8,629 bases of DNA from Candidatus Krumholzibacteriia bacterium (lineage in GTDB: Bacteria > Krumholzibacteriota > Krumholzibacteriia > LZORAL124-64-63). The translations under genes and the position numbers were made by a program. Shown piece by piece: positions 1 to 7,685 of this stretch (positions within the stretch are counted from its first letter, which is position 1; every line of letters starts with the position of its first letter). A model generated the notes under the pieces. It was not told the origin of the DNA, ran no database searches, and worked only from the letters and a program-made list of their open reading frames with translations. The DNA lies in contig JAZBOO010000017.1 in the NCBI GenBank assembly GCA_036351155.1, positions 1 through 8,629 of the forward strand, written 5' to 3'.

Positions 1-1569
1 CTCCTCCAGAATCCGGGTCACATCGTGGGTCACCTGCACGCCGCCGTTGGCGTTGGTCTGGGACTGGTCGATCAGATCGGCCGTGTCCTGGGCCGCCGCC
101 GCACTGCGCTGGGCCAGCGCGCGCACCTCGGACGCGACGACGGCGAACCCGCGCCCGGCCTCGCCCGCCCGCGCCGCCTCGACCCCGGCGTTCAGGGCCA
201 GCAGGTTGGTCTGGAAGGCGATCTCGTCAATGGTCTTGATGATGTGAGCCGTCTTGTCTGCCGAATCCTTGATCTTCTCGATGGCCGTGGTCATGCGCGT
301 GATGGATTCCTGCCCGCCTTCGGCCACATCCTGCAGGCTGCTGGTCAGCTGATTGGCTTCGGCCGCGTTGCCCGCATTCTGCTGGGTCATGGCCGCCAGT
401 TCCTCGAGGGTGGCCGAGGTCTCTTCCAGGCTGCTGGCCTGGTTGCTGGCTCCTTCGGCCATCTGCTGACTGGCATCGGCCACCTGCCCCGCGGCCGAGG
501 ACACCTGATCGGCCCCCATGCCTAAACCTTCCATGACCTTGGTCAAGGCCTTGACGATGGTGCGCGTGATGATCATACCCAGCCCCAGACCCAGCACCAC
601 CGCGATGACACTGAGGACACCCACGGCCACCTTCGTTTGCTGGGCTTTCGCCAGCATCTGCTCATCGGTCATGACATTTTCGCTGACTGTCACCCTCGCC
701 TCGTCAAGCAAGGTCGACACTTCCTTCAGGGCCGGCACCGTCTTGGTGGCATAGATTTCCCCGGCCTTTACCATGCCTTCCATCTTCTGGTCGTTCAGGG
801 CGATCATCTTGTCCAGGGCGTTCAGCACCCCATCGGCCCGCTTCTTGGCCACCGTGGTGAAGAAGCTGCCGGCCCCGTAGAAATCGCCACCCTTGGTGTA
901 GTTTTCCATGGTCACCGCAGAACGGTGCAGCTTGTTGTGATTCTCTTCCAGCTCATCCTTCAGGGCGGCAAAATCGGGATCATCGGCAAACATCTGCTGA
1001 GCTTCGGTACTATAGAACCACTTCCCGAACAGGCACTGTGTGGGATCCTTCTGCACGTCGATGGTTTCTTTTTCCTCGATGAAGGCTTCCTGCACCATGT
1101 TCATCCAGCGCAGATGGCCGGTCTTGGTCTCGCGCAGAAAAGCTCCCAGTTCACGATCGGCGGGCTCGAAAACACCGGCGATGTCCATGGCCGAATCGTG
1201 CAGATGGGTGTGGGGCTGCTCCAGTCTGGCCAGGATTGCCGCCAGACCAGGCACCGCATGCTCGGCCTCCTGGCGCTCCTCGCTGTAGTACCACTTGCCG
1301 AAGGCGCACTGGTGAGGGTCCACCTGGACATCCAGCTCGGTCACCTCGTCGTTGTTCAGGAACTCGCTGACCTCTGATGCCCAGTGCAGGTGGTCCAGCT
1401 CTTTTTCGACCATCAAGGCCTTCAGCTGATTGCCCTGGATCACTTCACCGGCGTTGCCGACGATGCCCCCCACTCCGAGCACGGACCACACGGCCACCGT
1501 GGCTGTCAAAACCAGCACCGCACCGAAGCCCGATGCGATCTTCTTGCCCAAACTCCAGGTGCCAAACAT
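1..1569 (-). CDS. Methyl-accepting chemotaxis protein with two CZB (chemoreceptor zinc-binding) domains between TM1 and TM2; 3' end beyond the window edge
   Basis: Manual translation: ATG at 1569 after GAGGAGGA, open to position 1 (523 codons). N-terminus [33 protein letters not shown] (TM1). CZB motifs [22 protein letters not shown] and [24 protein letters not shown]2 [21 protein letters not shown]. Methylation-type [14 protein letters not shown] and signalling tip [43 protein letters not shown]. Confidence 0.96.
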   Translation of the reverse strand, partial: MFGTWSLGKKIASGFGAVLVLTATVAVWSVLGVGGIVGNAGEVIQGNQLKALMVEKELDHLHWASEVSEFLNNDEVTELDVQVDPHQCAFGKWYYSEERQEAEHAVPGLAAILARLEQPHTHLHDSAMDIAGVFEPADRELGAFLRETKTGHLRWMNMVQEAFIEEKETIDVQKDPTQCLFGKWFYSTEAQQMFADDPDFAALKDELEENHNKLHRSAVTMENYTKGGDFYGAGSFFTTVAKKRADGVLNALDKMIALNDQKMEGMVKAGEIYATKTVPALKEVSTLLDEARVTVSENVMTDEQMLAKAQQTKVAVGVLSVIAVVLGLGLGMIITRTIVKALTKVMEGLGMGADQVSSAAGQVADASQQMAEGASNQASSLEETSATLEELAAMTQQNAGNAAEANQLTSSLQDVAEGGQESITRMTTAIEKIKDSADKTAHIIKTIDEIAFQTNLLALNAGVEAARAGEAGRGFAVVASEVRALAQRSAAAAQDTADLIDQSQTNANGGVQVTHDVTRILEE

Positions 1570-1574
1570 TGAAT

Positions 1575-1582
1575 TCCTCCTC
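1575..1582 (-). promoter_or_regulatory. Shine-Dalgarno site of the MCP gene
   Basis: GAGGAGGA on the minus strand, 5 nt before the ATG at 1569. Confidence 0.85.
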
Positions 1583-1585
1583 GAG

Positions 1586-1627
1586 GGACCTTGAATTTCC
1601 GGGGCTGGCGCACCCCGGACCTTGAAT
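1586..1627. repeat. 11-bp direct repeat GGACCTTGAAT flanking a 7-bp inverted repeat in the MCP leader
   Basis: GGACCTTGAAT at 1586-1596 and 1617-1627; TCCGGGG (1598-1604) pairs with CCCCGGA (1613-1619). Confidence 0.7.
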
Positions 1628-1638
1628 CAGTGTCCACT

Positions 1639-1665
1639 TGATCGGCAGGAGGAGATGGTGATTAA
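1639..1665 (-). promoter_or_regulatory. Putative sigma28 (FliA) promoter of the MCP gene
   Basis: Minus strand TTAA-N15-GCCGATCA versus consensus TAAA-N15-GCCGATAA, about 70 nt upstream of a chemoreceptor start. Confidence 0.65.
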
Positions 1666-1678
1666 GTAGAATCACCAT
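1655..1678. repeat. Perfect 9-bp inverted repeat (operator or terminator-like hairpin)
   Basis: ATGGTGATT-aagtag-AATCACCAT, between the flippase stop codon and the MCP gene. Confidence 0.7.
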
Positions 1679-1721
1679 TTAATTTCTAAAGAATTTCCTG
1701 AATACCTAGCGAATCAGAGGG

Positions 1722-3248
1722 CTAATCGCCTCGCTGGAGCAACGGGCGGATCAGCGAGAGGTCTTCATTTTTCACCACGCGCATGGCCCACAGGGCGGCC
1801 ACATAAAGGACCCCGGTCAACAGGACGGTGAGGAGGAAGGGACCCCAGCCGCGATCCAGCGGCAAGCCAGCCCAGGACACATTCCAGCCGGGTGCGGCCA
1901 CCTTGAGAACCAGGACGGTCAAGGCCCAGGCGGATGCCGTGGCCGCTGCCGGACCCATCACCGCGCGGAGCAGCGGGGGCAGGAAACCGCTGCCCTTCAA
2001 GAATTGAACGTGCAGCACGAAGCTGACCCCCAGGCTGGCCAGGGTGGCCGCCGAGGCTCCGTAATAACTGTAGCGGGGGATCAGGAGAGTATTCAAAACG
2101 ATGTTCGTGATCATGGACACCAGGCCGATGGTCACGAAGGCCTTTTCCCGCTCGGCGGAGATCAGCAAGCGGTTGAAGATGATATTCCCCGACTGCAGAG
2201 GCACCCCCCAGATGACGATCATCAGGATGATGGCCGAGTCGTCGAACTCCGTCGAGCCGCCCAGCCAGTCGATGATGGGCACGGCGGTGAACATGAGAAA
2301 CAGGGTCATGGGGAACATGGCCACCAGGAGGAAACGCAGGCTGCGCTCGCCCAGGCGCGCGGCATCTCGGGGCGACTGAAAACTGTAGCGAGCCATGGCC
2401 GGGAACAGCGCGGTGCCAAAAATATTCGGCACGATGATCATCATGTCCAGCGCCCGGTGCCCCAGCACGTACACCCCGGCGGTGGCGGCGCCCAGCATGG
2501 CGTCCAGCATCACCACATCCACCTTGTTGTAGATGATGCCGAAGGTGGTGCTCAGGAACAGCGGGAAGCCCAGCTTCATCAGCCAGCGCATGGTCACCGC
2601 GGGGCGGTCGCTGGCTTCGGCGGCCTGGGCGGCAGCTGCCTCCCGCCAGCGCCAGGGCCCGGTTTTCCAGAACATCAGGGGGGCCATGATGACCAGGCGC
2701 GCCACCTTGCTCACCAGGTTGGCCCAGATCACTCCCATGAGCCCCTGGCCCTGCTCCAGGGCCCACCAGCCCAGAGCGAAGTAGAGGATGGCCGACAGGA
2801 TCTGTCCCAGGCTCTGGTACTGCACCTTGTCGTGGGCCTGCAGCACCGAGTCGCAGGACATGGCCGTGGCCTCGATGAAGATGGCCACCCCGGTGACCAG
2901 CACCGCGGCCATCTTGAGGGAGCCGAAGCCGGACACCTTCACGTAGAAGATCAGGAACAGGTAACACAGCAGCCCGATGAGCCAGCGGATGCGCAGCGTG
3001 GACCAGAACAGGGGCAGGGTCATGCTGCGGCGGCGGGTGACCTCGCGGGTCAGCAGGGTGTCCAGGCCGAAGCGGCTGATGACCAGCAGGATGGCCGTCA
3101 GGTCGGTGGCCACACCCCACACGCCCATGCCCTCGTCGCCCAGGACGGGACTCATCTTGTGGACCAGCAGCACGCTCAGGGCGCGGCCCGACAGCAGGCC
3201 CACCGTCAGCAGCAGGGTGTTCTTGGCGATGCTCCGGGAGGCGGTCAT
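1722..3248 (-). CDS. Polysaccharide/oligosaccharide flippase (Wzx-like, MOP superfamily)
   Basis: 508 aa with about 12-14 hydrophobic segments. Typical elements: SIAKNT N-terminus, LG..GMG.W, FGLDTLLTREV, IYNKVDVVML..MLG....GVY, ALFPAMARY, NIVLNTLLIPRYSYYGASAAT. Confidence 0.9.
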   Translation of the reverse strand: MTASRSIAKNTLLLTVGLLSGRALSVLLVHKMSPVLGDEGMGVWGVATDLTAILLVISRFGLDTLLTREVTRRRSMTLPLFWSTLRIRWLIGLLCYLFLIFYVKVSGFGSLKMAAVLVTGVAIFIEATAMSCDSVLQAHDKVQYQSLGQILSAILYFALGWWALEQGQGLMGVIWANLVSKVARLVIMAPLMFWKTGPWRWREAAAAQAAEASDRPAVTMRWLMKLGFPLFLSTTFGIIYNKVDVVMLDAMLGAATAGVYVLGHRALDMMIIVPNIFGTALFPAMARYSFQSPRDAARLGERSLRFLLVAMFPMTLFLMFTAVPIIDWLGGSTEFDDSAIILMIVIWGVPLQSGNIIFNRLLISAEREKAFVTIGLVSMITNIVLNTLLIPRYSYYGASAATLASLGVSFVLHVQFLKGSGFLPPLLRAVMGPAAATASAWALTVLVLKVAAPGWNVSWAGLPLDRGWGPFLLTVLLTGVLYVAALWAMRVVKNEDLSLIRPLLQRGD

Positions 3249-3276
3249 CGGGTGTGGAACCTCGGGTCAAGGGGAA

Positions 3277-4962
3277 TCAAAACAGACCTCGGGTGCTGGC
3301 GGTGAACACCGGACCGCTGGAACCGTCCAGCGCCCAGCTCATGTCGAAGCGGCTGGTCTGGGCCGATCCACTCCGGGTCGGGCCCAGTCTGAGGCCGCAG
3401 CCCACCTCGTGGCGGGCGTCGCCCAGGTTGCGGTCTTCATCGCCCCACCAGGCATTGCCCCCGCTGTAGAACACGGCGGCGCCCAGGCGGAACATACCCA
3501 GCACTTCACCGGGAATGGCCTTGCCTTGCTCGATGCTCCACCGCGCCAGACGATCGCCGGCCCGCCCATCGAAGTCCAGGGTACGCAGCCCGCGCTCCAG
3601 CCCCAGCAGCAGGGCCTGGTTGGGCGCCAGGTTGCCGCCCTGAGCATACTCGGCAAACACCCGGGTGATCCAGGGATGGTTTTCGTTCCCGCGCTGCCGG
3701 ACCCAGCCGGCAGACAGGCCCACGGTATGGAAGCGGTTTTCCTGCGATCCACTTTGCCACACACCGGAGGCTCCCATGGTGCCGAAGCCGCCTCCCACCG
3801 CCCACCAGCGGGACACGCCCACCTCGGTCAGCCAGGTGGCTCCGCCAGATCCGGTGGTCGATCCCACCTGGGGACCATTGGGGCCCACGAAGAGATTGAA
3901 GGACCAGTTCAGGGGAATGTCCTCGGTGGGCCCGTACTGCAGCACGAAGCGAGCTTTGGCCCAGTCGCGGCCCAGGGAGCGGATCCACAGGAAGGGATAC
4001 ACGGTGGTGCCCTGATCCCGGGCCAGGGGCTGGCCGGGGCCCAGCAGGGGGTCCAGGTCGATCAGGCGGTCGTCCGACAGGACATACAGCGGCTGGTTTT
4101 GCACCTGAACGTCCTGCTCGGTGATGCGCAGTCCGGCCCCCACCCGCCAGATACGGGGGGCTTCCGGGGCGGTCACCCTTTTCTGGAAGAGGACCTGCAC
4201 ACCTTTGCGCCGGGTGGGAATCTTGGCGTACAGGCTTTCCTGCTGGCCGGGGTCGGTGCCCGTGACACGGGCGTGGCTGAGGTAATAGCGGGAATTCGAC
4301 TGGGCATCCCAGGCCGAAGCCTGGGCGGTCCAGGGATCGGTCTGCGCATAGAACGGACGACTCACGAAGACGTTGCGGTAGTGCCCGTCATTGCGGTCGG
4401 AGTAGTCGACGCCCACCAGAAGATGCTGTGCGGTGAGCCGGCGCTTGCGGAACCAGAAGTTCCAGAAGTTGGCGTTCTCATCGGCTCCGGTGCCCGCCCC
4501 CAGGGTCAGACCGTGCCCCAGGAAATTTTTTTCCGAAAGGCTGACCGACCAGCGTGTGTCGCCGTTGCCCCCCCGGGAAAAGGCGAAGCTGCTCTGCAGG
4601 GTCCACGATTCGGTGGTCCGCACTTCCACATCCACCAGGCCATCGGTGGTGTCCACCGCAGCCACGGACACATGGTTCAGGAAGCCCAGCTCGCGCAAGT
4701 TGCGTTCGGTTTCGGCCAGGAGGGCGGGGTCGAAATCGTCGCCTTCATGGAAGAGCAGTTCCTTGCGCAGCACGTACTGCCGGGTGTCGATGCTCAGGTT
4801 GTTCATGGCCCGCTGGATGAACCCCAGGACGCCCTGGGATTCTGCGATTTCTTGCGGAGAAAAGATATCCCCGGAAATGATCGACACCTCGCCCACCTTC
4901 AAAGGGGCGGCGGACTGGACGGGAACTGGGAATAGAAGCAGGAGCAAGATCCAGGCTGTCAT
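3277..4962 (-). CDS. Omp85 (BamA/TamA-like) outer-membrane beta-barrel protein with one POTRA domain
   Basis: Signal peptide MTAWILLLLLFPVPVQSA. POTRA segment TRQYVLRKELLFHEGDDFDPALLAETERNLRELGFL..VDVEVRTTE. Barrel start SEKNFLGHG, late loop LLLGLERGLRTL..GDR, C-terminal Phe. Start uncertain: ATG 4962, or GTG 5010/5016 after GGGGAGAG. The ORF-track start at 5133 lies in AT-rich intergenic DNA. Confidence 0.85.
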   Translation of the reverse strand: MTAWILLLLLFPVPVQSAAPLKVGEVSIISGDIFSPQEIAESQGVLGFIQRAMNNLSIDTRQYVLRKELLFHEGDDFDPALLAETERNLRELGFLNHVSVAAVDTTDGLVDVEVRTTESWTLQSSFAFSRGGNGDTRWSVSLSEKNFLGHGLTLGAGTGADENANFWNFWFRKRRLTAQHLLVGVDYSDRNDGHYRNVFVSRPFYAQTDPWTAQASAWDAQSNSRYYLSHARVTGTDPGQQESLYAKIPTRRKGVQVLFQKRVTAPEAPRIWRVGAGLRITEQDVQVQNQPLYVLSDDRLIDLDPLLGPGQPLARDQGTTVYPFLWIRSLGRDWAKARFVLQYGPTEDIPLNWSFNLFVGPNGPQVGSTTGSGGATWLTEVGVSRWWAVGGGFGTMGASGVWQSGSQENRFHTVGLSAGWVRQRGNENHPWITRVFAEYAQGGNLAPNQALLLGLERGLRTLDFDGRAGDRLARWSIEQGKAIPGEVLGMFRLGAAVFYSGGNAWWGDEDRNLGDARHEVGCGLRLGPTRSGSAQTSRFDMSWALDGSSGPVFTASTRGLF

Positions 4963-5085
4963 GACAAAACTGCCACCCACGCTCCGGGGTGCGTCATTTT
5001 GACATGACACGCTCACCGGTCTCTCCCCCAACCTGGGACCAGACCGAATGGTGCGCGGGCTCCACGAGCTCTTTATTTTATTCAA

Positions 5086-5098
5086 AAACAACAAGTTA
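5086..5098 (+). promoter_or_regulatory. Putative IHF binding site
   Basis: AAACAACAAGTTA versus WATCAANNNNTTR (one mismatch), preceded by an AT tract and 30 bp upstream of a -24/-12 element. Confidence 0.45.
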
Positions 5099-5127
5099 AA
5101 AATTTCCACCAGATTTTTTTGGTCAAT

Positions 5128-5143
5128 GGGCACAGGCCTTGTA
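5128..5143 (+). promoter_or_regulatory. Putative sigma54 (-24/-12) promoter of hsp20
   Basis: GGGCAC-AGGCC-TTGTA versus TGGCAC-N5-TTGCW; exact spacing, GT instead of GC at -12. Confidence 0.5.
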
Positions 5144-5235
5144 ATAGGGAAACCGAAAGCATCAACAAGTGGTCCAGCCGACCCCGATCCTTCGGCGGAC
5201 CCATTTTAAACACAGCCAAACCAGGAGGACCAGAA

Positions 5236-5640
5236 ATGAATACCCTGATTCCCTTGACCCGAATTTTCGACGCCGCCCTGAACACCAACTACGACAGCGA
5301 GCGGGCCCAGACCTTCGGCGTGGTTCCCCGTGCCGACATCAGTGAAGGCGACAAGGAATTCCGCATCACCATGGACCTGCCCGGCGTCAGGGCTGACGAC
5401 CTGGAGATCAACCTGGAGAACCAGACCCTGACGGTCAAGGCCACCCGGGAGAACTCCATGCCCGAGGGCTTCGAGACCCGGCGTCGCGAGCGTCCCGGTG
5501 CCACCCAGTTCGAGCGCAGCTTCACGCTGGGCAACAGTGTGGACCACGACCTGATCGGCGCCAGTCTGGACAAGGGTGTGTTGACCCTCACCCTGCCCAA
5601 GAGCGACCAGAGTCTGCCCAGGCGGATCGAAGTCAAGTAA
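5236..5640 (+). CDS. Small heat-shock protein, Hsp20/alpha-crystallin family
   Basis: AGGAGG (5223-5228) then ATG 5236; 134 aa with PRADISE, DLPGV, FERSFTL, ASLDKGVLTLTLPK and C-terminal IEV motif. Confidence 0.96.
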   Translation: MNTLIPLTRIFDAALNTNYDSERAQTFGVVPRADISEGDKEFRITMDLPGVRADDLEINLENQTLTVKATRENSMPEGFETRRRERPGATQFERSFTLGNSVDHDLIGASLDKGVLTLTLPKSDQSLPRRIEVK

Positions 5641-5661
5641 AGGGGCCATCCCCCCTTGAAC

Positions 5662-5703
5662 AACAAACCGGGCCCGGAGTTTCCTCCGGACCCGGTTGTT
5701 TTT
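5662..5703 (+). terminator. Intrinsic terminator between convergent hsp20 and cytochrome genes, probably bidirectional
   Basis: Stem AACCGGG-C-CCGGAG / CTCCGG-A-CCCGGTT with TTTC loop, followed by GTTTTT and preceded by A-rich AACAACAA. Confidence 0.85.
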
Positions 5704-5716
5704 CCGCAGAAACAGA

Positions 5717-7624
5717 TCAGCGGACCAGAGACATGGCCCGGCTTTCCTGCCACGCCCCCGACTGCACCCGATACAGATAAATGCCCGAAGCCACCGCCCC
5801 ACCCCGGTCATCGGTGCCGTTCCAGTTCACGTGGTGCATCCCCGCGGCCAGTTGGCCCGAAAAGAGGCGGCGCACCAGGCGGCCCGACACATCGTGAATG
5901 GTGACCTGGACCGGCCCGGCTGTGCGCAGCTCGTAGGAAATCACCGTGGCCGGGTTGAAGGGGTTGGGCACGTTCTGGTTCAGACGCAGTGGCGAAGGCA
6001 GACCGTCCTCCGGCACCGCCGACATCGAACCCGCCGTGAACTCCAGGCGCCCCAGCAACGAAGGTGTCTTGTCCGCCGCCGCGTACATCCCGGCAAAATG
6101 CTGTACTTCGGGCGTGTCGTAAGACTCCAGGTCGGCCTGGAAGCGCGGCGTGATGGTCTGGTAATGCGCCGAGGCGGTCACCGTGAAGGGGCCGGTCCCC
6201 ATCACCGGAATGCGGTAGTGGATCTGGTCGGCGCCGTTGCCCTCGACATCCTGGTCACGATTGAAATCGGGATCCTCCAGGGCCAGCCCGTAGATGGCCG
6301 TGCTGTCGTAGGCGCTGTGGCTGGAGTTGAATCCCATGGGCGGTAGACGATTGTCCTTCAGGAACCTGTTCGCGCGCAGCAGGGTGAAGGTGGGGTTGCC
6401 GTACACATCGCCCATCACCGGCTCGTAGATCTGCACCTGGTCGGGCCGAGTTATCAGGTCATGATGGGGTTCGTAGCCCGCATCCAGGCCCACCACTTCG
6501 CCCTGTTCATCCCAGCGGCCCGAGTCGAACACGGTGATTCCGTCCTGGTCGGTCACCTGCAGGCGAATCCACAGGCGCCGCAGCGGAATGCCCGTGGGCA
6601 GCTTGTGCCCGCAGTGGTTTTCCACCCGCAGATCCACCGCCAGGGTATCTGCACTCAGCTCATACGTGGCCAACAGGCCCAACGTCTGGTTGGCCAGCAT
6701 GTCTTGCGTGCGTGCCAGCGTGGAATCGAACTGGGCGCTCGTGGCGGTGACTCCCAGAGCCTCGCTGTTGTCCTTGAGGATGTTCAACATGAACGCGTTG
6801 GCCCCAGCGAATTCATGCTTGGCAAAGGGTGCGCGCAGAGCGGTGTGCCAGGGCGGCATGGTGCTGATGTCTTGCGCCGTGTCGGCCATGGGCATGTGGC
6901 AGGCCTGGCAGGAGACGCCGCTCTCGTTGAAGGTGCTGTTCTTCCATTCCAGGTAGGGCGTCTGCTCGGGGAAGGAACCCGAGAGTTCGCCTTCCTCGTC
7001 GACCGAGGCCGTGAACAGTGTATGGCAGGTGGCGCACAGTTCGGATTCGGTCACGTGAGCGCCATACACCGGAGTGAAACCGGTGTGGCTCTGCATGGGC
7101 CCGGTCAAGGGAGCGGTGAAGGGACCGTAGATCTGGTGCTCATCATCCAGGCCGAAATTCCCCGAGTAGCTCTCGGGCAGACCGAAGTTGTCGGGCTCCA
7201 TCTGATGACACAGCGTGCAGCTGACCCCGTCGAGCGCCAGAGGGTCGGCGGCCATCTCGGCGATGGAGTAGCTGCCTGCACCATCGTGCATGGCCTGCTC
7301 GCGCCCCAGCGGGGCATGGCAGCGGGTGCAGGTGGCTTCGATGGCTTCCTGATACTGGGGAAGCTCGGCCACCTCGGCCGACACCTTGGCGCGCCAAAGG
7401 GGGTCCTTGGCCGAGTTGGCCATCATGGTGCTGCGCCACAGCGTGGGGTTGGAGATATCCACCCCGTTCTCGGTATTGGACACCCCATCGCTGGTGTGAC
7501 AGGTGGCGCAGTTGCCCGAGCCGGAAAATTCGCTGGAAGTGTTCAGAGGCAAGTCCTGGGCAAAACACAAGCCACCGCACAGGACCCCGGCCAGGGCCCA
7601 GACCAACACCATCGTTTTCTTCAT
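5717..7624 (-). CDS. Secreted pentaheme c-type cytochrome with C-terminal FlgD-Ig/T9SS-type sorting domain
   Basis: 635 aa. Signal peptide MKKTMVLVWALAGVLCGGLCFA. Five CxxCH motifs (CATCH 39, CTRCH 99, CTLCH 136, CATCH 197, CQACH 239) plus KHEFAG and GHKLPTG. C-terminal LNQNVPNPFNPATVISYEL..IHDVSGRLVR..WNGTDDRGGAVASGIYLYRV..MSLVR. GAGGCGG RBS-like site upstream. Confidence 0.92.
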   Translation of the reverse strand: MKKTMVLVWALAGVLCGGLCFAQDLPLNTSSEFSGSGNCATCHTSDGVSNTENGVDISNPTLWRSTMMANSAKDPLWRAKVSAEVAELPQYQEAIEATCTRCHAPLGREQAMHDGAGSYSIAEMAADPLALDGVSCTLCHQMEPDNFGLPESYSGNFGLDDEHQIYGPFTAPLTGPMQSHTGFTPVYGAHVTESELCATCHTLFTASVDEEGELSGSFPEQTPYLEWKNSTFNESGVSCQACHMPMADTAQDISTMPPWHTALRAPFAKHEFAGANAFMLNILKDNSEALGVTATSAQFDSTLARTQDMLANQTLGLLATYELSADTLAVDLRVENHCGHKLPTGIPLRRLWIRLQVTDQDGITVFDSGRWDEQGEVVGLDAGYEPHHDLITRPDQVQIYEPVMGDVYGNPTFTLLRANRFLKDNRLPPMGFNSSHSAYDSTAIYGLALEDPDFNRDQDVEGNGADQIHYRIPVMGTGPFTVTASAHYQTITPRFQADLESYDTPEVQHFAGMYAAADKTPSLLGRLEFTAGSMSAVPEDGLPSPLRLNQNVPNPFNPATVISYELRTAGPVQVTIHDVSGRLVRRLFSGQLAAGMHHVNWNGTDDRGGAVASGIYLYRVQSGAWQESRAMSLVR

Positions 7625-7685
7625 GAAATCAATCCGCCTCAGGTAATATCAAGGTACCCCATCACAAGCCCTATTCTCTTTGCGA

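Noticed and set aside
25..1678. ORF-track entries 25-525, 47-247, 518-754, 637-1377, 1040-1288, 1101-1331, 1377-1625, 1384-1572 and 1445-1678
   Set aside because: Antisense or off-frame shadows of the MCP gene and its promoter; no recognisable domains, and long shadow ORFs are expected at high GC.
1765..4935. Long ORFs 1765-3270 (-), 2004-3305 (+), 2977-4935 (+) and smaller overlapping ones
   Set aside because: They overlap the flippase and Omp85 genes, have Arg/Pro/Gly/His-rich shadow composition and show no family motifs.
5017..5235. N-terminal extensions of Omp85 (from 5133) and Hsp20 (from 5119) in the ORF track
   Set aside because: They overlap each other across the AT-rich divergent promoter; downstream starts have an RBS or signal peptide that fits better.
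5100..5235. CIRCE, sigma32 promoter, ROSE element or c-di-GMP riboswitch upstream of hsp20
   Set aside because: No TTAGCACTC repeat; CCCATTT near 5200 has no CTTGAA at the right spacing; ROSE and GEMM core motifs are absent.
7565..7579. Cysteines in the cytochrome signal peptide as a lipobox or extra heme site
   Set aside because: GVLC and GGLC do not fit L-[AS]-[GA]-C, and CGGLC has no following His; SPase I cleavage after CFA is more plausible.
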